Positions 25,263 to 38,244 of a stretch of DNA of 64,000 nt are shown piece after piece. The translations under genes and the position numbers were made by a program. Under the pieces are notes generated by a model. That model made no database searches, was not told the origin of the DNA, and worked only from the letters and a program-made list of their open reading frames with translations. The DNA comes from Eledone cirrhosa. Taxonomy: Eukaryota. The stretch's first letter is position 1. Every line of letters starts with the position of its first letter. The stretch spans positions 322,276,001 to 322,340,000 of the forward strand of contig OZ024742.1 of NCBI GenBank assembly GCA_964016885.1, written 5' to 3'.

Positions 25263-26361
25263 ATATTTATATCACCCCTTTAAACCCCCATCACCCCCTG
25301 ACTTTCCCCCAGCTCCTCAACATGTCTCACTTGGAACAAGTCTCCACTCACTTTCCATAGGGTAGAAAAGGCTCTTTAGTTATGTCAAAATCACAACATT
25401 CTCCCTAATGGCGGTGTCATAACACGCACCCAATGCACTCTCTAAAGTGGTTGGTGATAGGAAGGGCACCAACCATAAACAACTTGCCAAACTAAGAATC
25501 AATCGGATTCTTCAGCCATATCAAAGACATGACAGCCTCTTAGGTACTGGTACCACAATAAAATGTACCCAGTACAATCTGTAGAGTGCAAGAACACATG
25601 TGAGATGCTTATATGTGTGTGTGTGTGTGTATTATATATATGTGCTTGCTGGGCATGCATGAAGAACATGTTTTTGCCTGCAGCCTATAAACGAATATTC
25701 ATCTGAGGAAATCGCTCCCATACCAGAGCAGCAAATGCAGATACTGCATCTTGGATTGCATAAGGGTAGCCATGGAAATAATAATAATAATAATTGTTTC
25801 TACTTTAGGCACAAGGCCAGCAATTACCCAGTACATTACTGGTACTTTATTTTATCGACCCCGTAAGGATGAAAGGCAAAGTTAACCTCGGCGGGATTTG
25901 AACTCAGACTGTAAAGGGACGTAACTATGCTAGAAAGCATGGCGTCCAACCCTCTACCGATACTGCCAATTCACTAATGAATAAACACTTTATGTAATCA
26001 CAGTATCTTTCTTAATGTTATTCTTATATATATACATATATATATATTATCATCATTTAATGTCTGCTCTCCCTACTAGCAAGGGGGTTGGATGGGTCTA
26101 TAAATACACTCACAGAACCAACAACATTGACTATATATATATATATAACGAAGGAAATGTGGTAAGGAACCAGGTGGACCATAACGCACCAAAGTACTCA
26201 ATACTTAGGGTAGTAGAGTGGGTAATAGGAACGAGTAGGACCCCGACGGCCGAGCTCAAGCCATTTCGACGGTTAATTCTGAACTCATTAGTCCAAAATT
26301 AGCCGTCGGGTCCTACTCGTTCCTATATATATATATATGATGAAGAGTTATTAGATTGTAC

Positions 26362-26446
26362 CTGGATTCTTCCTTCCGTCCAAAATCAGGTGTTTTCTGA
26401 ATCACCTTCACATCATCTTCACTGTCATCATCTATGTTGATAATAT
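26362..26446 (-). CDS. EXOSC9: EXOSC9 coding exon 13 (DIINIDDDSEDDVKVIQKTPDFGRKEES)
   Basis: gatttcag / GTACAA; 85 nt, phase 1-2, compatible with both neighbours; SIM-like IINI plus acidic tract. Confidence 0.82.
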
Positions 26447-27722
26447 CTGAAATCAAAAAATATATATAAAAGAATAGCTACATGTATGGCTACATGGTTA
26501 GGGAATATGCTTCACAACTACATAGTTCTGGGTTCAGTCCCACGGTGCAACACCTTAGGCAAGTGTCTTCTATTATAAACTCTTGTTTGACCAATGTCTA
26601 GTGACTGGAATTTAGTAAAAGGAAACTGGCAGAAACCCATCATCATGTATGGATATATGTAATGTAAAGTATGTATGTGTGTCGGTGTATGTATACATCT
26701 GCGTGTACGTGCCTCTGTATACGTCCCAACTATACATGAAAAAATAAGTACTGGAGTCAATATGATCGACTAAATCCCTTTAATGCTGTGTTCCAGGATA
26801 GCCGAAACCAGTATAAAAACAAATTGAAAAAAAAAAAAATTAAACAAGAGGAACTACTCATAATGTTTACTTATATAAGTTATCTCCCTTGTAAAACATA
26901 ACTTTTGCTTTAATGTTTTAGCATTTTTATTACTCTATATCTCTATTATTGTATTTTCGCGATAAAGGCTGTATCTTACATAATATCAAATCTATGAGAT
27001 TTTGATATTTATTTTGAGAACAATACCATAATGTCGGTATGAGTGACCAGTTACGGCCAGTTTGAACAGAAAAAGGTGAGAGAATTTTGGCAGGATACGG
27101 CCTGTTTAAATGCTAAAGGGTTAACTGAATGAAGATTTGTCGTTGGCTGCATTAGTTTGGCTGAATGAATAAATGATGGAGGAGTCTAGTGATTACAGAG
27201 TAAAATAGCAGACTAGATAGGATCCCAACCACATACACACCCGAGAGGTTGAGGAGTCCAGTATTGAGGTAACAGAGTGGATAGGGTCCCAACCACATAC
27301 CAATCCGACAGGTTGGTAGTTTGCATCCTACCAAAGCTACTGCATGTGTTGGTAGACAAGAATCATAAATAACTGCCTGAATCCACATAGATGTACGTTG
27401 GTTATTATAACATGGAGATTGGTGCTCACGATTTTAAGGTTGTGAGTTCAATTCCCTGCAGTAGTGTCCTTGAGCATGACATTTTATTTCACATTGTTCC
27501 AGTCCACTCAGCTAGAAAAAATTAGTTCTACCTGCATTTCAAAGAGTCAGTCTTGTCACAGTGTCATGCCAAAGCTCTCTCAGATTTACATAAAGTGTAC
27601 ATGTGTTTGGGGAATGCTCAGCCACTTCCACGTCAATTTCATACATACACACACACACACACACACACACTCAAACATGCACGTACACAGACAAGAAAAA
27701 GGTAGCAATAGGAACATTTTAC

Positions 27723-27876
27723 CTGATTCTGCTGGTGGTTGAGTTGACTTTGGTTTAGCTTGGCGGTGTGAAGCAGTAACATTAGGATGTGGTGGACTGA
27801 GTTCCATAACTTCTGAGTTGTCGTCAGAACTGGAAATATCAGAATCGTCTCTCCCCAGTTTGGCAGTTCCAGCTCC
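27723..27876 (-). CDS. EXOSC9: EXOSC9 coding exon 12 (GAGTAKLGRDDSDISSSDDNSEVMELSPP...PPAES)
   Basis: tatttcag / GTAAAA; 154 nt, phase 0-1; acidic, disorder-like C-terminal extension. Confidence 0.85.
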
Positions 27877-27958
27877 CTGAAATAGATACAATTGTTATAC
27901 TTACATGCAGGGAAAAGCGGGCGTAAAATGATGATGATGATGATATATACATATATAT

Positions 27959-28757
27959 ATGTATGATGCCTGCATACAAACAGCAATGTTACATGGCAGT
28001 GAGACCTGGGCATTGTGTGCAGAGGATATACGCAGACTAGAGAGGAACGAAGCTTGCATGCTCCGTTGGATGTGTAATAGTAATATACGTGAACGACAAA
28101 GCATAAACGAACTAAGGGAGAAATTAGGAATAAGAGGGATCAGATGTTGTTTACTCGAGAGAAGACTACGTTGCTACGGTCACGTGAAGCGCATGAAAGA
28201 CGACACTGTATAAAAACGTGCAGGGCGATAAAAATAGACGGTAGCCACGGAGTAGGCAGACCCAGAAAAACCTGGGACGACTTGATAAATTCCGACCTCA
28301 CACACTTACACCTCTCCAAGACAATGTCACTGGACCGAGATCTTTGGCGTTACACAGCCATACAGAAGACCCGTCTTGCCTAAGTACAAAGCGAAACCTA
28401 CAGTCAGTAGGCACCTCTAACAAAATACACCCCCGTCCCACTACCCCCACCCCATCCACACCACCCCCTTTATGTTGGTACCACAACATCCAGTCCAAAA
28501 CAAATGAGGTCGTGTAGGTGTCACGACAAAAAAACAGTCCACGCTGTAATGTGGCCGTGTAGATAACACGGTAAAAACCTCCCAGTCCACACTGTAAATG
28601 TGGTTGGTGTTAGAAAGGGCATCCAGCCATAGAAAACCCGCCAGACAGTCCTATACGAGCAGGACAACAAATCTTGCCTCAAGTGCGAAAACTCCCGTCC
28701 AAACCCATGCAAGCGTGGAAGATGGACGTTAAACGATGATGATGATGATGATGATGA
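27959..28757 (+). mobile_element. 5'-truncated RTE LINE with 3' UTR and (GAT)n tail; further 3' copy at 52718-53166
   Basis: MLHGSETWAL...RLERNEACMLRWMCN...RLRCYGHV.RM...GRPRKTW. Confidence 0.88.
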
Positions 28758-28784
28758 TATATATATTATCATCATCATCATCAT

Positions 28785-28812
<28 letters not shown>

Positions 28813-28815
<3 letters not shown>

Positions 28816-28999
28816 TGAAATTCCGTTATAAGGAAATTCATGGGGTTTAAAACAAATTCGTTGTAATGAAAATTTCTTTACAACGAGGTCGACCGAAACA
28901 GATCGAGTGTTTGTTTGTTATTAACTAGGGGATCAAAAAAAATTTTGTTATACTGAAAAATTCCTTATAATGGTATTCGTTATAACGGAATTTTACCTG
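28813..28999. mobile_element. pogo/Tigger-type MITE; deleted copy at 41276-41398
   Basis: TA-CAGTGAAATTCCGTTATAA ... TTATAACGGAATTTTACCTG-TA. Confidence 0.8.
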
Positions 29000-29024
29000 T
29001 ATATATATATATATATATATATAT

Positions 29025-29150
29025 AGTAAGAAATTGAACGGGAACAAAACAGAGAGGCAGTATGAACAAAGGTTTATTAGTTTCACGCTCTTGAGAGTGG
29101 GGTGGTGGTGGGGAACGACGTTTTGGGCATAAGCCCTTCTTCAGGTGAAA
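29025..29150 (-). mobile_element. PLE pLTR-like fragment with decayed hammerhead-like motif; sister copy at 53296-53416 (+)
   Basis: CCTGA(A/T)GAAGGGCTTATGCCC(G/A)AAACGTCGTT followed by a shared tail and (TA)n. Confidence 0.65.
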
Positions 29151-29702
29151 AGTGTGTGGGAAGAGAGTTCCAAGGGTGTGTAGGGGAGTGGTGGAGAGAC
29201 ATATAGAAAAAAGGGGGTGAGAGGAAACGGTACAAATGAAATTAAATATAAAAGCATAATAAAAATAAAAATGAAGTAAAACAGGTGGTGGAAGGATGTG
29301 GGGCGTGTAGGGGTGGTGGCGGATGGAGTGGGGAGAGGGAGGCGGGGTGTCCGAGCGGGGAGGGCTGAAGGTGGTGTGTGTGTGTAGGTGTACGTGTGTG
29401 TGTGTATGTGAAAGTAAGAGTTGGGGGAAGAACGGGGTTGCATGTTCAGGAAAAGGTGGGTGGGGTGTAGGTTGGTGTGTGTGTGCGTGTATGGATGGGG
29501 AGGGGTAAGAGGGGTGGGGAGAGAGGATTCCGGAGGCTGAGTGTGTAAATATGTGGTGGTACGCACGTGTGTGTGGTGTTTATACGTGTTGTGGATGTAG
29601 GTGGCGTATATATACATATATGGATTACATACATACACATATAACTACTCGTCCATGTCTGCCTCTTCAAAGAGAGAGAGAGATGTTAATAATTAGACTT
29701 AC

Positions 29703-29730
29703 CCACAATTTAATAGATTCACTGGAGTCC
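29703..29730 (-). CDS. EXOSC9: EXOSC9 coding exon 11, 28-nt micro-exon (DSSESIKLW)
   Basis: cacttcag acceptor and GTAAGT donor; only this acceptor keeps the frame and gives IKLW-GAGTAKLG, similar to vertebrate VLWTPGTAQIG. Confidence 0.75.
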
Positions 29731-30970
29731 CTGAAGTGGATCTGTTAAGGAAATCTCTTATAACAAACATGTATATAAAACAACAGCATTTATGTATGTA
29801 ATCTATACCAAATATAGAAGATATCAATATGAGGAGGTCTGTCTCTGACCTGTCAAGCAACACATCCAACCGATGCTAGTATGAAAGGATAACATAAAAT
29901 GATGATGTTAATGAAGAAGATCAACAGCAAAACACAAAGAAGAACTACATTCAACACTCTCATCTTCATCATCATTTTACGTCTACCTTCCATGGTGGCT
30001 TGAGTTGGATGTGTTGCTATGGCCTGTGACTAGACAGGGTAGAGAGTCTTCATCTTGCTCATATGTTCCTAACACAATACAAGATATATTGAATGCATTT
30101 TATCATGGCACCAGCACTACTAATTTACACAGTGTACTGGGTGCATTTTGTTATGGCACCAGCACTACTACTTTACATAGAATGTATTAGGTGCATTTTA
30201 ACATGGCCACATCACTGTAGCCTTAGATATGCAATGTAGTCTTAGATATACAAATATATATGATGGTGATGACAAGAATGACTTTGATCATGAGTCTGCT
30301 CAATCAGAGCTAACCAGGGACTAAACAACATCAAAGCAAAAACACACTGAACCCTGTAGTCCAAAATACAAAAGATGAGATGGTCACAACTGGAACACAT
30401 TTGATCATAAGCCTGCTCAATAAGAGCTAACCTGGGGCTAAGCAACAAGACAATAAATCTGAACCCTGTAGTCCAATATACAAATGACAAGATGATCATC
30501 ATACTCATCATCATCTTATGTCTGTTTTTCCATCCAGGCATGGGTTGGAAGGGTCATTACAAACGAATTTACTACTTTATCAAACATACTCCTCCTAGCC
30601 AGGTTGGAAGTCCCATGTCTGGCTTACATAAGCTCCATTTGAAATATGTTGAAATATCTTTGAGCTGATTAGTAAGAGCTTACCTAGGATTAAACAGCAA
30701 CAAAGGAAGAACACATTAGAAAATGTAATCCTAGATATACAAAAAGAGGGGATGGCCACGTACTGGAACGTCTTTGATTATATGTCTGCTCAATCACAAT
30801 CAACCTCAGATTAAAAAAACCCAACAACAAAGAATAATAGATTCAACAGTGCAATATTAGATATACAGACAGGATGGTCACAGATGGAATTGCCTTTGAT
30901 TAAAGGTCTGGTCAATAAGGGCTGATATGTGGCTAAAACAACAACAATGACCAATATTTTGTAAAGATAC

Positions 30971-31129
30971 GATTCACTGCTACTGGAGTCATCAGAGATA
31001 TTTTCTGCCAGTATATTTACTTCAAAAGACTTCAGATTCTCCAAGTTCACCTCAGCAAGATTTTTCTTCATAGCTGTAATCTTCTGGGGTTCCATAGATT
31101 CAGCAAAGCCAAACTTAGCACCGGTAGCT
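30971..31129 (-). CDS. EXOSC9: EXOSC9 coding exon 10 (ATGAKFGFAESMEPQKITAMKK...SDDSSSSES)
   Basis: gtttccag acceptor, weaker GTATCT donor; KFGFAES motif; 159 nt, phase 2-2. Confidence 0.85.
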
Positions 31130-31746
31130 CTGGAAACAGAAAGTTTAGAAAATTGTTTATAACATAGGTAGGACTAGATATTACTACCATATCTCTAATG
31201 AAAGACACTGCATGTAATTTTGAAAATAATCAAGAACTTGATGGGATTTAATAATATAGTTAACTTTCTCATAGTTAAGCTAGTGTTTGGAACATAGCAA
31301 AATGAAGGTTTTTACATAAAATTATGTCAGAAGGTTTTTAGATAAATATAAACATTTAAAAATAAACTGATTTGTATTATAGAACTAGGGGCAGTTTCAG
31401 GTAATTTGCTATCAAAAGGGCTAAATCGTCCCCAATAATTAACTGGGACTCTACTTTATCAACCTCAGAAAGATAAAAAGTAAAGTTGACCATGATGAGA
31501 TTTGATCTCAAAATTTCAAGGGCTATAGCTAAATATTACATATTTTATCTGACGCTCTAACGATTTTGTCAATCCACCACCCACGTGTCTGTGTTTCCAT
31601 TTCTGCTGTTATGGTGACAAAAATATGGTACTGTTTGTATATGTCTGATAATTTAGTGTTATAGAGAGTTAAAAAAAAAAGTACTGATGGCCGCAACCCA
31701 ATGTCTGTAACCAATAAAAGACATATAGCACAGTTATTGCCTTTAC

Positions 31747-31835
31747 CTGGCCTGCTTGTCATTTTCCAAAGCCTTCAGTATAAGTTCTGTTATTTCTGTA
31801 ACTTTGACCACAGCTATGTTGGAACAACGGAGAAT
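31747..31835 (-). CDS. EXOSC9: EXOSC9 coding exon 9 (ILRCSNIAVVKVTEITELILKALENDKQAR)
   Basis: ctttccag / GTAAAG; 89 nt; EITELILKALEND matches metazoan EXOSC9. Confidence 0.95.
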
Positions 31836-31971
31836 CTGGAAAGACACAGTTATATATGACACCATTTAAAACAAAGGAGGAGGTTGATAGCAAAAAACAA
31901 AGCAGTGTTTAGTTAGTACAGACAAGATTTCTAACACTAACATTACTATTGTCAATGTTTCATTCATATAT

Positions 31972-32041
<70 letters not shown>

Positions 32042-34356
32042 GCACATGACTTAGTGGTTAGATCGTTGGTTGTGAGTTCAATTCTCAGACCGGGTGATGT
32101 GTTGTTTCCTTGAGCAAGACACTTTATTTCACATTGCTCCAATTTACTCAGCTGTAGAAATGAGATGATAGGGACCCCATTCAAGGAAACAACACATCAC
32201 CCGGTCTGAGAATTGAACTCACAACTGTAAAGTGGACGTGTAGGTGCCACGGAAAAAAAGCACCCAGCACTCTGTAAATGCGGTTGGTGTTAGGAAGGGC
32301 ATTCAGTTGTAGAAATCAAGCCAGAATCAGTTCCCATCCCACCCTTGCAAGCAGGGAAAAGTGGACGTAAAATGATGATTCATGATTCATATATATATAT
32401 ATTATATATATAAATACATATATATATATACACACATATCTACACACACACACATGCATATGAAGGATAGCAGCTGCAGGGCAATCCCAGTGATTGTAAC
32501 AGGAGGAAAAGGCAGACCCAGAAAGATCTGTAATGAGGTAGTGAAGAGAAACCTTAAGGAACAAAGCCTCACAACTGAGATGACAAAGGCCTGGTCAGAA
32601 ATATACAATATGACCTGACATATTCACGAGACCCGCCCCCTCCAGAACCACTCAACTACTACCCCAACTCAAAACACTAATAGCTACACTCTTTACCCCT
32701 TGTTCACCTCCCACTATCACCCCTTACCTCCAGTTATCTCTCCTCCACATCTCCCTCATATATATATATATATATAATGAAATTATTGTGTACAGTGCTC
32801 AGGTGCACCACAACTCGTCAAAGGTGCATGTATAGTACATAGAATAATACACAAATGTCAGGGAAGTGAATAGTGTATGAGTCATGATATACATGTGTGT
32901 ATGTGTATGGAGGGGGAACATTAGGTGTAGTGTTAGCGAATCTCGGGAAGCATGGAGTCCTTAAAGGATGCAGTGTCTCGACAGCTAACCAGCTACCCCT
33001 ACCTCTCTCCATCACCCCCCCCCCCCAACCCCACCATATTGATGACATACCCATACACTAATCAGCCACCGCTACACTTTACTCATTGCCCTGCCAAATC
33101 CCCACATTACCTATAACTTCATACCTATCTCTCTCCACTATCAACCCTCTCCCCAGAGCTGAGGAGGCTCAACAGTTGGGTCTCTAACCAGCAAGCTCTT
33201 TAGTGATGGTGCCACGAAAATACACCCGGTACACTCTGTATGGATGGTTGGTGACAGGAAAAGCATCCTGCTGTAGAAACCATGCCTAAAAGAGTTGAGA
33301 GGACTCTTTAGTTGTCAAAGACACAACTCCTCTAGTGTTGGTGATCTACATGATAAACGCACCCAGTACATGCTCTAAAGTGGTTGGTGATAGGAAGAGC
33401 ATCCAGCCATAGAAAGCTTGCCAAACATGGGGTTAGGAGAAGCCTAAAAGCAAACGGACTTAGCCTTTCATCTTTCCAGGAAGGTCCTTCAAGAGAAATT
33501 TTTCAAGGCAGAACAAGGCTGTTTCAAGGGCCCCAAGGGAGATGGGGGGGGGGGGGTTCCTCTCAACATTCAAGTGGGCTCAAGAGATTGTATTATTAGT
33601 GAGTATGGTGAGGAGAGCAGATTTTCACCCCAACCACCACTCCATCCTTAGCAAGCAAATGAAGAAATGTTTTAAAGACTCAACTCAGAGCCATTGCAGA
33701 GTATTGTGGTGACAGGATACAGGTTCTAACTGGTTGAACACATCCTACAGCTCCCCAGACCTAGAAACCAGGCATGCAAAGGTGGATATTCCAACCCATT
33801 GTTGTATATTGTGGCAAAGCACTAATTCCAATCAGCTGGAGACATATCTTATAGTTCCTTCCAGATACAAGGCATGTATGCTAAAGGGGACTAGTTGAAC
33901 CTCACCAGAGGGTAACTATAGGAGAGGAGAGGAAGACCCAGGAAGATATGGCACAGAACATTCCAAGTGGATTTGTATGGGAGGAGGTGAACAGCAACTG
34001 GGAAGATAGGGGGAGGGGCAGCATATAACCATTTGCTCTGATGCACCAAAAGAATTTCCAGTCCTAGGACCAATGTACCAGTTTACCCTCACCTTCCCAA
34101 TTAAATTCACAGCTCATACCAATGCAAGTTTAGCTAGTCTCCAATAAGGTTGCATCTCATAAGAGGTTTCTTGTGCATTTTAATCATAGGAGCCCTTGTC
34201 CTATCATAAAACACAATGTGAAATAAAGTGTCTTGCTCAAGAACACAATGTACCACCAAGTCCAAGAACCAAAGTGATGACCTTATTTATGATCATGAGA
34301 CCAACACCCTAACCACTAGGCTATGAACCCAGGAACCCTAAACCCCACTGACTTAC

Positions 34357-34489
34357 CTGATCATGCATCAATAACATGTCCCCTGCCATCTGTAACGTAC
34401 AAATCTCTCTGTATTTATTCATTCCAATTGCCATCTTACCGTCCATCACTTTCTCTTCTTTCTCTGTTGGGTCAACCAGTACATATTTA
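34357..34489 (-). CDS. EXOSC9: EXOSC9 coding exon 8 (KYVLVDPTEKEEKVMDGKMAIGMNKYREICTLQMAGDMLLMHDQ)
   Basis: ccccgcag / GTAAGT; 133 nt; LVDP...EE.VMDG...MNK.REICT motif. Confidence 0.95.
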
Positions 34490-35269
34490 CTGCGGGGTGA
34501 AATTAGAAACAGTAACCAATGAATAATTGTACCTGTGTCATGTGATATGTGGTGTGTGTGTCTATCTATATAGGCATATGTGTGATGTGTGTATATCTAT
34601 AGGTGTGTATGTTTGATATGGTATGTGTGAGTGCATGATACAGTGTGTATGAAGTGATATAATGTGTGATATGGTATATGTGTATATCTATAGGTGTACA
34701 TGTGTCTGTTTGTCTATCTCACTCTCTTTCAATATGTATATGTGTGTGTGTGTGTGCATGTATCTATGTATGTGTCTATGTGATGTGGAACGTGTATCTA
34801 TACAGATTTGTGTTGTTTAACCCCATGCAACCTCTTATCCAATAGACCAATGACTAATCAAAGGCAGTCCAGTTATGACAATTCGTCTTTAACCCTTTAG
34901 TATTTAAACCGGCCATATCCAGCCAGAATTCTCTCACCTCTTTCTGTTCAAACCGGCTGTAACTGGCCACTCATACTGACATTAGGGTATTGTTCTCAAA
35001 ATAAATAACATCAAAATCTCATAGATTCAATATTATGTGGGATAATTAAATGAGATAAAGCCTTTACCACAAAAATGAAATAGTATATAAAAAGTAATGT
35101 AAATGCTGAAGGCTTAAAGGGATATCTATAACTACACTGTGTAATGTGTCCTTTCTTTATGTACAATAGCAGACTGTGATTTCTGTAAGATTTAGCTACT
35201 ATTTCTAGCAAATCAAAAGTTGTTGATAGTTGTAATAGTGGTAATGGCTGTGTTAGTATTGGTGCAGTG

Positions 35270-36865
35270 ATGATGGTGATAGTTGTGATGGTGATGGTTG
35301 TGTTAGTTGGTGATGGTGGTTGTGTTGGTTGGTGATAGTTGTGATGGTGATGGTTGTGTTAGTTGGTGATGGTGGTGGTGGTGGTGATGGTTGTGTTAGT
35401 TGGTGATGGTGGTGGTGGTGGTGATGGTTGTGTTGGTGGGTGATGGTGGTGGTGGTGGTAGTGATGGTTGTGTTGGTTGGTGATGGTGGTGGTGGTGGTG
35501 ATGGTTGTGTTGGTGGGTGATGGTGGTGGTGGTGGTGATGGTTGTGTTGGTGGGTGATGGTGGTGGTGGTGGTGATGGTTGTGTTGGTGGGTGATGGTGG
35601 TGGTGGTGGATAGTGGTGGTGGTGGTGATGGTTGTGTTGGTTGGTGATGGTGGTGGTGGTGGTGATGGTTGTGTTGGTGGGTGATGGTGGTGGTGGTGGT
35701 GATGGTTGTGTTAGTTGGTGATGGTGGTGGTGGTGGTGATGGTTGTGTTGGTTGGTGATGGTGGTGGTGGTGGTGATGGTTGTGTTGGTGGGTGATGGTG
35801 GTGGTGGTGATGGTTGTGTTGGTGGGTGATGGTGGTGGTGATGGTTGTGTTGGTGGGTGATGGTGGTGGTGGTGGTGATGGTTGTGTTGGTTGGTGATGG
35901 TGGTGGTGGTGGTGATGGTTGTGTTGGTGGGTGATGGTGGTGATGGTTGTGTTGGTGGGTGATGGTGGTGGTTGTGTTGGTGGGTGATGGTGGTGGTGGT
36001 GGTGATGGTTGTGTTGGTGGGTGATGGTGGTGGTGGTGGTGATGGTTGTGTTGGTTGGTTGGTGGTGGTGATGGTTGTGTTGGTTGGTGATGGTGGTGGT
36101 GGTGGTGATGGTTGTGTTGGTTGGTTGGTGGTGGATGGTGTCAAAAACATTGGTGTAAATGGTTTTAAAGGTCTCATGTTCTATTTGAAGTAACCAACAA
36201 AGGGGGTGGGGGGATTGAGATTGAGGGGTTGATGGGGAGATTTGAGGCTGAGGGGACTGGAGTTGAAGGGGTAAAAATACCGTTTGGGGAGTTTCCTGCA
36301 CTTGGTGTATTCTAGTTGATGTTTGAATAATATATCTGGAATATGGATTAACTCTTCTGTAGAATGGGGCGGTGCTGAGAGGGGGGGGGGCTTTGCTTGG
36401 GGGGGGGGGGGGGGGGTAGTGATGGTGATGGCAGTGTTAGTGGTGGTGATGGTGCTGGTGGGAGTGGTGATAGAAATGGTGGTGATGGTGGAGACAGCAT
36501 TGGTGGTGGCAGTGGCAATGTTGGTGGCTATTATGGAAATGATGGTAATGGTGGTGGCGGTGTTGATAGTGGTGGTGGTGATGATGATGGTGGTAGGGTG
36601 GTGGTGTTAATGGAAATGGTGGTGATGGAGGTGGCAGTGTTGGTAGTGGTGGTGGTAGTGGTGGTGTTAATGGAAAAGGTGGTGATGGTGGTGGCAGTGT
36701 TGGTAGTGGTGGTGGTGATGATGGTGATGGTGGTAGTGGTGGTAGTGTTAATGGAAATGGTGGTGGCAGTGTTGGTAGTAGTGATGATGGTGGTGGTGGT
36801 GGTGGTTTTAATGGAAATGGTGGTAATGGTGGTGGCAGTGTTGGTGTTAATGGAAATGGTGGTGA
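35270..36865. repeat. (GGT/GAT)n low-complexity tracts
   Basis: Simple repeat with a higher-order unit of about 36 nt in 35270-36135. Confidence 0.9.
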
Positions 36866-37069
36866 GTTAGACTAGTTGCACTCAAAATGACTATGAGTGA
36901 AGAATTACTTCAAAAATACCAGTGGTGGAGAACAGTTCAACACTAAGTACAATCATCATCATCATCATTTAATAATGCACTGAAAAAACATACATATATA
37001 CACACAGACATTATATATATATATGTGTGTGCACATATATATAAACAGATATTTCATATATATATACAT

Positions 37070-37672
37070 ATCATCATCATCATCACCGTTTTATGTCCGT
37101 TCTTCCACGCTAGCATGGGTTAGACGGGTTGTCCTGTTGTGGGCAGTGTCCGGTTGGCTGACCTTGTCTTGCTCATACGGGAACTGATTCTGGCTTGATT
37201 TCTACAGCTAGATGCCCTTCCTAACACCAACCTCATTTACAGTGAGTGCTGGGTGCTTTTTTTCCGTGGCGCCTACACGTCCACTTTACAGTGTGGGCTT
37301 TTTTTTTTTTTTTTTTGCCGTGACACCTCCACGACCACTTTGCAGTGGGAGGGTGTGGGGGCATATTGTCTATATGCTTCAGCTTTGGCTTGTACCTGTG
37401 GGGCGTCGGGTCTTCTGTATTACTGCGTGACACCAGTGCACTGCACCTTTTTATGCAGCTGTCATCCTTCATACGCATCACATGTCCATACCAACGCAAC
37501 CGCCTCTCCTTCATACAGTATTTGATTCCTCTTATGCTCAGTCTCTCTCTCAATTCATTTATGCTTTGCCGTTCACGTATATTACTATTACACATCCATC
37601 GGAGCATGCAAGCTTCGTTTCTTTCTAATCTACGCAAGTCTTCCACAGTCAGTGCCCAGGTCTCACTACCAT
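37070..37672 (-). mobile_element. 5'-truncated RTE LINE with 3' UTR
   Basis: YGSETWALTVEDLRRLERNEACMLRWMCN...RLRWYGHVMRM; (GAT)n tail. Confidence 0.88.
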
Positions 37673-37696
37673 ATATATGTACACACATATATGTGA

Positions 37697-37975
37697 AGGC
37701 ACATGGCTTAGTGGTTAGAGCATTATGCTTGCAATCGAAAGGTTGTGAGTTCAATTCTCGGACCGGGCGATGTGTTGTTTCCTTGAGCAAGACACTTTAT
37801 TTCACGTTGCTCCAGTTTACTCAACTGAAAATGAGTACCAGCAATAGCTGGAGGTTTAACCCTGCGATGGACTGGCGTCCTGTCCAGGGGGGAGTCTTGT
37901 ACTCTCAGTCACTTCACGCCATGAAACCGGGATAAGCACAGGCCAAATGAGCCTTCTGGCTTAAGACAGACTTTT
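37697..37975 (+). mobile_element. Near full-length tRNA-derived SINE (family 2)
   Basis: A box TGGCTTAGTGG, B box GAGTTCAATTC, CCTTGAGCAAGACACT core, GATGGACTGGCGTCCTGTCCAGGG domain. Confidence 0.85.
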
Positions 37976-38067
37976 TAGACACACATATAAATATGTGTGT
38001 ACACACACACACAAACACACATATATGTACACACATACACAAAGACAAGTGTTGTAGATCAACTTAC

Positions 38068-38150
38068 CCTTCTTGAAAGAAAGCAAATGAGACACAGATG
38101 GGCATGTGGTGGAGGCTGAGGGGGATTGGTTCTCTCTCTTCAACTGGATG
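38068..38150 (-). CDS. EXOSC9: EXOSC9 coding exon 7 (HPVEEREPIPLSLHHMPICVSFAFFQEG)
   Basis: ttcctag / GTAAGT; 83 nt; PLS.HHMPICVSFAFF motif. Confidence 0.95.
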
Positions 38151-38208
38151 CTAGGAAGGAGTAGAGAGAGGAGAAATAACACATAGGAAAATGTGTGTGT
38201 CTCTGTGC

Positions 38209-38244
<36 letters not shown>

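Noticed and set aside
34438-34440. GTAAGA donor inside EXOSC9 exon 8
   Set aside because: RRP45 homology continues in frame (GKMAIGMNKYREIC) to the donor at 34356.
37697-37770. tRNA genes (also near 17207, 24891, 32041 and 55966)
   Set aside because: A/B boxes are present but there is no clean cloverleaf, and each continues into a SINE body.
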